The position numbers and the translations under genes are program-made. DNA of 44,992 bases. Origin: a phage. The stretch lies in the sequence record NC_110914.1; one strand, 5' to 3'. How positions within the stretch are numbered: position 1 is the first letter of the stretch; each line of letters opens with the position of its first letter. Below the pieces are notes generated by a model that made no database searches, was not told the origin of the DNA, and was given only the letters and a program-made list of their open reading frames with translations. Shown here one piece after another: positions 39,337-44,992 of the stretch.

Positions 39337-39675
39337 TTAATTCGGCATGGTTAGCCGTTTGGGAAATAAGCTCACTACTGCACGAAAATGATTCATCGCT
39401 GTAATAAGCGCCTTTTTCTCGTCAGTAGTCAGCTCACTTAATTCGAGTTCATGACGAGCCGCCGGTATTTTTGCCAGAAAGAAAATAGCGGCCAGCGCCC
39501 GATTATTTTCTTCAAATTGTGGGTCACGTTTATCGCGCATATCATCGACAAAACGTTCAACCTCTTTCCAGCTATCGCCCCAATATCTCGCGCGCAATTC
39601 GGCAACATGATTGAGACCGGCCAGACGTTCACCCGCTTTTAGCGGAACAGTCGCGGAAACAGCTTCGATAGCCAT
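39337..39675 (-). CDS. Early-operon hypothetical protein
   Basis: 112-aa ORF in the early operon; a 68-aa ORF at 39639..39845 overlaps it and cannot be resolved by eye. Confidence 0.5.
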   Translation of the reverse strand: MAIEAVSATVPLKAGERLAGLNHVAELRARYWGDSWKEVERFVDDMRDKRDPQFEENNRALAAIFFLAKIPAARHELELSELTTDEKKALITAMNHFRAVVSLFPKRLTMPN

Positions 39676-39846
39676 GATCCCCCCCGCTTTTGAGTAGAGA
39701 GGCCAGCCAGTAAATCAGCCTGCGAGTGGCTCGGGTGCCAGCGCTTGCCGTCCTTACCTGCGATCCAGCCGTGGCCGTAGTGCATGCCGGGGCTTTGCTT
39801 AACGAGCAGAGATGCGAATGACGGTTCACTTTTCAGCATACGCACC

Positions 39847-40356
39847 TCAAATCAGACCAAACGATGCGCCAATACCGCTCATGGTATCGACCACGCTCGA
39901 CATAGCTGGATTAGTCTGCAGACGTGCATGCAGCGCCAGAGCCGACAATGACAACATGCGAATGCCGGAGTTAACGCTTTCAATCATGTTGTGCTTACGG
40001 GCAATGGTCAGACGTTCATCAGATACCGCGCCGCTCGCCAGTTCGCCGAGTTCACGCATTGCGCGCATGACATAAGACTGCAATTTGTCTTTAGCCAACT
40101 CATTAACCGGCACGCATGGTAGGCAGTGAATCTGCGCTAAAAAACCATCAATGAGGGTTGAGTCTTCGGTCAGGTCAGTCAGCAGCCACAATTCAGACGG
40201 CGTGAACTGGTGAGGCTGTTCCGGGTTGAGCTTGTTACGTAACGTTTGAACGTTCATACCTGCACGCTCGGCCAGCTTCGCCATGTTGTGACGCTGTGCG
40301 AAAATGCGGCATGCTTCGTCATAGTGGGGATGTTTGGAAACCTGAAAATCAAACAT
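39847..40356 (-). CDS. cII: 186-type CII transcriptional activator
   Basis: Product from MFDFQVSKHPHYDEACRIFAQRHNMAKLAERAGMNVQTLRNKLNPEQPHQFTPSELWLLTDL... is near-identical to remembered phage 186 CII; start trimmed from the track ORF. Confidence 0.85.
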   Translation of the reverse strand: MFDFQVSKHPHYDEACRIFAQRHNMAKLAERAGMNVQTLRNKLNPEQPHQFTPSELWLLTDLTEDSTLIDGFLAQIHCLPCVPVNELAKDKLQSYVMRAMRELGELASGAVSDERLTIARKHNMIESVNSGIRMLSLSALALHARLQTNPAMSSVVDTMSGIGASFGLI

Positions 40357-40388
40357 GGTTAAATTCCCTCTAACTTGCATAATCAAAT

Positions 40389-40760
40389 TCAGTTAAGAGC
40401 GGTGCGCTGGTCGATGTAGCGACAATCAATCGCTTGTTGAGTCAGCTTATCGCGCCATGCTTTTACGTTTACGAGGGTTCGGCTTCGTTTAGCAGCTTCC
40501 TCTTTGTTGGAAAAGTCTTTGGTCGGAGCTTTGAGAAGGACTCCCTCATCGAGCCATTGCCAGACCAGACGCTCGCTAACACCGCGAGTAGCGGCGAAGT
40601 CTTTCACAGTCATCGTGTCTGACATAGCGGAGCGAATCATTGTCTGTAGAGCTGGCAGCATGGCGGTAACGATGGCATCAAACTGTGTTGGATTTAGCAG
40701 CACAGTTTGATTTTGTGAGTTTTGCGAGTCGTGCGTCGAGATTGATTTTGCATCTGACAT
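40389..40760 (-). CDS. Apl/Cox-like excisionase/transcriptional regulator (first gene of the early operon)
   Basis: First early-operon ORF, divergent from cI, with an HTH-like segment (TVKDFAATRGVSERLVWQWLDEGVLL); true start may be an internal Met (83-90 aa). Confidence 0.55.
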   Translation of the reverse strand: MSDAKSISTHDSQNSQNQTVLLNPTQFDAIVTAMLPALQTMIRSAMSDTMTVKDFAATRGVSERLVWQWLDEGVLLKAPTKDFSNKEEAAKRSRTLVNVKAWRDKLTQQAIDCRYIDQRTALN

Positions 40761-40881
40761 ATCGCATTATCTCCTGTTGTTTGAAATGTAGTGCAGTGGT
40801 GTGCATCTTGGTCGATGAATGCCACTATAGATCGTAAAAAGTTTTCTGTAAACACCCATAAAATTATCTGTAGGGGGTTTT
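40761..40881. promoter_or_regulatory. Lysis-lysogeny switch region (face-to-face pR/pL promoters and operators expected)
   Basis: 121-bp AT-rich intergenic region between divergent cI and apl-like genes, as in 186/P2; individual promoters not mapped. Confidence 0.55.
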
Positions 40882-41742
40882 ATGAGTTCTGAGCTTGATG
40901 TTCAGTGGCGTGTTAGTGCAACGAACGGCGTATTGGAACGCTTAATGTCAGCCTATGGGGTCAAGATGCAAAAGGATTTGGCTGACCTGCTAGGTATCGC
41001 TAAACACAGCGTTAGCGGCTGGGTTCAGCGTGATGCAATACCTGGCAATGTCATAGTTAGGTGTTGTCTTGACACGGGAGCTGATATCAATTGGCTTGTA
41101 AATGGAGAGCTTGCAAATGCAAATCACGAGCGAGCCAGTTGCAAGTTAAAAGGCAAAGAGCTTTATGACGAGATTATGACGAATGGTGGTAAAACCGTTT
41201 TGCGTAGGATTCTTGATGCGTATGGCTTTACCATGCAAAAGGAGCTCGGTGATTTGCTCGGCATTTCCTCTGGCACAATTAGCACATGGGTAAGGCGAGA
41301 TTTTTTCCCTGGTGATGTTGTTGTTACATGCGCTCTTGATACCGATACGTCACTGGAATGGTTAGCAACAGGCAAGGGGCAAATGCGAGCTAACAGGGAA
41401 GATGTCACATCTGGTTTTTCTATTAAAAAATCTCGTCTTGAATCTGGTGAGCTTAAGGATGCAGGAACGTGGCATCCTGACCCCTCAATGATTCCTTCTA
41501 ACTCAGGGGAATTGATTTTTGTTGACGGTGTAGCTGCCTCTTGGCTTGTCGACTGTTCTGCTTCGAATATAAGTAATGGTCGCTGGTTAATTGATATCGA
41601 CGGCGCTCTTGATGTTTTTGATGTAATTCGTTTACCTGGTGGAAAAGTCAGGTTGTCAAATAAGTCTGCTGAGTTTGAATGCAACATTACCGACATTACG
41701 CCTGCCGGGGTTGTAGTTTTCACATTGGAAAAACACGTATAA
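40882..41742 (+). CDS. cI: CI-type immunity repressor with tandemly duplicated N-terminal HTH domain
   Basis: 286-aa ORF divergent from the early operon; two related N-terminal segments (...LERLMSAYGVKMQKDLADLLGIAKHSVSGWVQRDAIPGNVIVRCCLDTGADINWLVNGE and ...LRRILDAYGFTMQKELGDLLGISSGTISTWVRRDFFPGDVVVTCALDTDTSLEWLATGK). No LexA-like Ser/Lys cleavage motif seen. Confidence 0.7.
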   Translation: MSSELDVQWRVSATNGVLERLMSAYGVKMQKDLADLLGIAKHSVSGWVQRDAIPGNVIVRCCLDTGADINWLVNGELANANHERASCKLKGKELYDEIMTNGGKTVLRRILDAYGFTMQKELGDLLGISSGTISTWVRRDFFPGDVVVTCALDTDTSLEWLATGKGQMRANREDVTSGFSIKKSRLESGELKDAGTWHPDPSMIPSNSGELIFVDGVAASWLVDCSASNISNGRWLIDIDGALDVFDVIRLPGGKVRLSNKSAEFECNITDITPAGVVVFTLEKHV

Positions 41743-41750
41743 GGGAAATT

Positions 41751-42089
41751 ATGAAACGTAAACTCTTTTTAGCTATGCTTCTTACCTTTTCTTTTGGCTC
41801 CTTAGCCGCTGAAAAAACACAGGATTTAGATGGCGCTAAGTTTGGTGAGGATTGGCCGTTAACTTTTGAAAAAGCTACGGTGTCTTGCGTTAACGGTAAG
41901 TATGCCTTTGTATACGACAAAGCAACTGATGACCGATACCCATTAAATGGTTTTGCTATTGATGGAGTAAAGTCTGGAAAGCTTGAGGGGAGCAATATTG
42001 ATGCTGTTTGGAAAGACAGTCCAGAGTATGCAGGTGTAAAAATTCCTTTGGATCCTGTAATGGATGCCGCAACAGCACTTTGCGAATAA
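41751..42089 (+). CDS. Small secreted protein of unknown function (moron between cI and int)
   Basis: 112-aa product with signal peptide (MKRKLFLAMLLTFSFGSLAAEKTQ); start trimmed from ORF 41679..42089; co-directional with cI and int. Confidence 0.6.
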   Translation: MKRKLFLAMLLTFSFGSLAAEKTQDLDGAKFGEDWPLTFEKATVSCVNGKYAFVYDKATDDRYPLNGFAIDGVKSGKLEGSNIDAVWKDSPEYAGVKIPLDPVMDAATALCE

Positions 42090-42111
42090 TTAGAGTTGCC
42101 TCGGTGACATT

Positions 42112-43161
42112 ATGACTGTAAGTAAGCAAAAAAATGGCAAATGGTTATGCGAGCTCTATCCAAATGGTCGAGAAGGGCGGCGTATACGTCGGCAATTCAA
42201 TACCAAAGGTGAGGCCGAGGCATTCGAAGCATTTACCAAAAGCGAGAGTGAAGATAAGCCGTGGCTTGGCAAGAAAGAAGACCGCCGACGCTTAAGCGAG
42301 ATTATTCAGCTTTGGCACAATTTGCACGGTCAAGCGTTAGTCGCCAGTAAGTCGAGGTTAGCAAAGCTTCAAATCGTATGTAATGGGCTTGGTGACCCGA
42401 TTGCATCTCGCCTTACCGCGAAAGACTGGGCTCATTATCGTGACCGTCGATTACGTGGTGAAATAGACAACGGTTATCATAAAGACCCCTCGAAATGGAT
42501 CGCCAAACCTATAACCGTCAATCGCGAACAACAATACCTAGAAGCAGTGTTTAATGAGCTCCGCCGGTTAGGGGAGTGGAGCCTACCCAATCCACTTGAT
42601 GGGATCCGAGTATTCAAAGAGGCTGAGAAAGAAATGTCCTGGCTAACTTTGTCTCAGCTCCCGGAGCTGTTTCGAGCCTGCGAGCAATACGGCAAAGAAG
42701 ACCTCACCATGATTGTTAAGGTGTGCCTTGCAACCGGCGCTCGATGGGGGGAAGCGGAGAGATTGACCCGCCCTCAACTTTCTCCATATAAACTGACGTT
42801 CACCAAAACCAAAGGTAAGAAGAATCGCACAGTTCCTATTCCTAAATGGCTGTACGACGAGTTGTCCGTACGTCAAGGCAGAATGTTTAAACCCTGCTAT
42901 CAGGAGTTTAAGAAGATGCTCAAACTAACGAATATTGAATTGACGGAAGGGCAGAAGACGCACGTTTTGCGTCATACTTTTGGTGCGCATTTTATGATGA
43001 ACGGCGGGAATATACTGGTACTGCAGAAAATTCTCGGGCATGCCAATATTCGAGAAACAATGAAGTATGCACACTTTGCTCCTGACCACCTTGAACAAGC
43101 TGTAACCCTTAATCCGTTATCGCTGTATGTTGGCGACAATATGGCGGCAGAGGTTGCATAA
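42112..43161 (+). CDS. int: Tyrosine integrase
   Basis: 349-aa ORF with C-terminal catalytic region (...HVLRHTFGAHFMMNGGNILVLQKILGHANIRETMKYAHFAPDHL...) at the prophage edge next to yfiB. Confidence 0.9.
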   Translation: MTVSKQKNGKWLCELYPNGREGRRIRRQFNTKGEAEAFEAFTKSESEDKPWLGKKEDRRRLSEIIQLWHNLHGQALVASKSRLAKLQIVCNGLGDPIASRLTAKDWAHYRDRRLRGEIDNGYHKDPSKWIAKPITVNREQQYLEAVFNELRRLGEWSLPNPLDGIRVFKEAEKEMSWLTLSQLPELFRACEQYGKEDLTMIVKVCLATGARWGEAERLTRPQLSPYKLTFTKTKGKKNRTVPIPKWLYDELSVRQGRMFKPCYQEFKKMLKLTNIELTEGQKTHVLRHTFGAHFMMNGGNILVLQKILGHANIRETMKYAHFAPDHLEQAVTLNPLSLYVGDNMAAEVA

Positions 43162-43282
43162 CACTGCAATTCATTGCATTAAAAATTACTTTAACTAATT
43201 GTTTTATATGGTAAGCGTTTGTTTGTTGCGGGGTGTTAATAGGAGCGTCTTAACTAAGATTTCGCTTAAGCGACATCCTGTT

Positions 43283-43317
43283 AAGAAGGGCTGGCCAATT
43301 GGCTGGCCCTTTTTTTG
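43283..43317. terminator. Rho-independent terminator between int and yfiB
   Basis: gggctggccaattggctggccc hairpin followed by ttttttt on the plus strand and preceded by an A-run. Confidence 0.6.
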
Positions 43318-43333
43318 TCTGTTTGCTCGTGTT

Positions 43334-43816
43334 TTAAGGGGTTGTAATCACCACTGCGACGCGGCGGTTCTCGGCGCGGCCCTGGGCGGTCTTGTTACTG
43401 GCTATGGGATATTTTTTTCCTAAACCCTGTGTGGTGAGATTGCTGCGTGGAATTTTTCCACCCATAGCCCATGCATCGGCCACGACATTCGCCCGTTTCA
43501 ATGATAAGCCTTCGTTGTAACTGTCTTCACCATAGTTATCGGTGTGTCCATCCATACGGGCATGTGTTAGCCCTGTCGAGGCCAATTTGGCTGCCATGGT
43601 TTGGATCTGTTGCTGGCTTTCCGGGAGCAATTTGTAGTCATTTTTTGCGAACAGAATGGCATCTGATAAGCCCAGCGACCAGTCGCCGGCGGATTCAGTA
43701 AATCCATAAGATTGCATAGCGACGACTTGCTCAGGAGTAAACTTTCCCTGAGGGGACTGGCAGCCAGTCAGTACTAGCGAGGTGAAAATCAGGGGTGCTA
43801 CCAGGTGCTTTATCAT
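43334..43816 (-). CDS. yfiB: OmpA-family lipoprotein YfiB
   Basis: 160-aa ORF with lipobox (LVLTGCQ) and OmpA-like C-terminal domain; recognised as YfiB. Confidence 0.9.
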   Translation of the reverse strand: MIKHLVAPLIFTSLVLTGCQSPQGKFTPEQVVAMQSYGFTESAGDWSLGLSDAILFAKNDYKLLPESQQQIQTMAAKLASTGLTHARMDGHTDNYGEDSYNEGLSLKRANVVADAWAMGGKIPRSNLTTQGLGKKYPIASNKTAQGRAENRRVAVVITTP

Positions 43817-43831
43817 ATCGATATATCCTTG

Positions 43832-44992
43832 TTATCTCACCAGCTTTTCGGCACGCTGGTGTTTGGCCTGATACATATTGTGATCGGCCAGCTCTTGTAA
43901 TTTTTCCGCAGAAGCGTGCGCAATGGTCATTGCGTAACCAATGCTTAATGTCATGGTGGTCTGATGGCCATTATGAAGATCAAACGGGCGATTAAAGATT
44001 TGTGTCAGTGCTGAGCATATCTGCTGCACTTCAGATTCCGACTGTACATCATAGAGCACCATCGCGAATTCATCGCCGCCCAGGCGGTATGCTTTATGTT
44101 GCAGCCCGCCAAATTCAGCTAACCGTTTTGCGATTTCAATCAAGACTCTATCGCCCGTCGCATGACCCCAGGTATCATTGATATATTTGAAATTATCGCC
44201 ATCAAGAAATAGTAACGCCGACGTTTTTCGGGCATCGGAACTGTTCATCAACGTGTTGATACCGCTACGAAACGCTGCGCGGTTAGCCAGCCCGGTTAAT
44301 GGGTCATGTAGTGCGGTACGTAGAAGCTGCGCATTTTTGGCCTGTAAACGAAGCTGCCACTCTTCCATTTCATCCAGCAGACTGTTGAAGTCGAGAGCGA
44401 AGCGGTGAAACTCTGCGATACGTTCTTCCGAAACTCGTCGGGAAAAATTGCGGTTGGAACGCACATCATGTACGACATCGGTGATGTTTTTTAACGCTTC
44501 AACCAGACCCTTGTGCAAATGGCGGGTGAGGGTAATTGCGATGCCTGATGCCAGCAGAATGCAGGCGGTCAGGACAGCGAGCGAAAACCAGATGAAATGG
44601 CTGATTGAACTGTCGCGAGCGGTTAAGCGAACTTCGCCAATGGTTTCACCATTGTGACGAATCGGCTGAACGATGGGGGCAGGGAAGAGCCAGTGGCTTA
44701 TGAAATTACTGAAAGTATCGCCTGGATCCTTACGGGTGTAATGCCAGGATGCCAGAATATTTTGCTGCTTATCACGCACTTCTGCAGTTGAAAATTGGCC
44801 TTGCTGCCCCAGCGCTGCCAGTGTTTCAGTTGCTGCAGAGCCATCGGCAAAAACGACCGCTGCTTCCAGACTGTAAGTCATTGTTGCTGCTGTCAGTGCC
44901 AGGTTTTTTTGCGCGTACTGTTTCAGGGTCAGCACCGAGGTCACGGAAAGCAGCAACCAGATCAGCATCATAGTGATAAATATGCTGGTCAT
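43832..44992 (-). CDS. dgcN: Diguanylate cyclase DgcN (YfiN), partial at window end
   Basis: TM/periplasmic/HAMP architecture then GGDEF domain (YRLGGDEF); the frame runs to the window edge, so the true N-terminus may be outside. Confidence 0.85.
   Translation of the reverse strand: MTSIFITMMLIWLLLSVTSVLTLKQYAQKNLALTAATMTYSLEAAVVFADGSAATETLAALGQQGQFSTAEVRDKQQNILASWHYTRKDPGDTFSNFISHWLFPAPIVQPIRHNGETIGEVRLTARDSSISHFIWFSLAVLTACILLASGIAITLTRHLHKGLVEALKNITDVVHDVRSNRNFSRRVSEERIAEFHRFALDFNSLLDEMEEWQLRLQAKNAQLLRTALHDPLTGLANRAAFRSGINTLMNSSDARKTSALLFLDGDNFKYINDTWGHATGDRVLIEIAKRLAEFGGLQHKAYRLGGDEFAMVLYDVQSESEVQQICSALTQIFNRPFDLHNGHQTTMTLSIGYAMTIAHASAEKLQELADHNMYQAKHQRAEKLVR

Larger units (their letters stand above)
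11480..43280. mobile_element. Phage 186-like (P2 family) prophage, apparently complete, inserted between rplS and yfiB
   Basis: Contiguous P2/186 gene order from ogr/B through the tail, lysis, capsid, terminase and portal genes, cos, Tum-like module, replication gene A, cII, apl-like gene, cI and int, between two host terminators. Boundaries approximate because no att direct repeat was identified by eye. Confidence 0.85.

Noticed and set aside
39639-39845. 68-aa ORF between cII and the 112-aa early ORF (possible Fil-like protein)
   Set aside because: Overlaps the 112-aa ORF by about 37 nt and has a weak RBS; a real small early gene here is plausible but I could not decide between the alternatives by eye.

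Overview
Enterobacterial (E. coli-like) chromosome carrying a ~32-kb, apparently complete phage 186-like (P2-family) prophage inserted between the convergent host genes rplS and yfiB. Host genes on the left are smpB, ratA, ratB, bamE, recN, nadK, grpE, yfjD, ypjD, ffh and the rpsP-rimM-trmD-rplS operon (1-11.4 kb); on the right are yfiB and a 5'-truncated dgcN/yfiN (43.3-45.0 kb). ssrA is expected just beyond position 1 and is not in the window. The prophage runs ogr/B, tail genes D-U-T-E/E'-FII-FI, an invertible tail-fibre segment with a decayed invertase, baseplate I-J-W-V, tail completion and lysis genes, capsid and terminase genes, portal, cos, a LexA-controlled Tum-like module, replication gene A, cII, an Apl/Cox-like gene, CI and integrase. 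All calls come from reading the supplied ORF translations and sequence by eye against remembered protein families; no searches were run. The most interesting content is four AT-rich cargo genes at known P2-family variable positions: a membrane-anchored pentapeptide-repeat protein between V and S, an HExxH protein between portal and cos, a 313-aa protein with an R-x4-H motif between cos and the Tum module, and a small secreted protein between cI and int. Hand-derived coordinates (promoters, LexA boxes, cos, repeats, trimmed starts) may be off by a base or two; my reading of the printed sequence disagreed with the ORF track by 1 nt around 25.74 kb.
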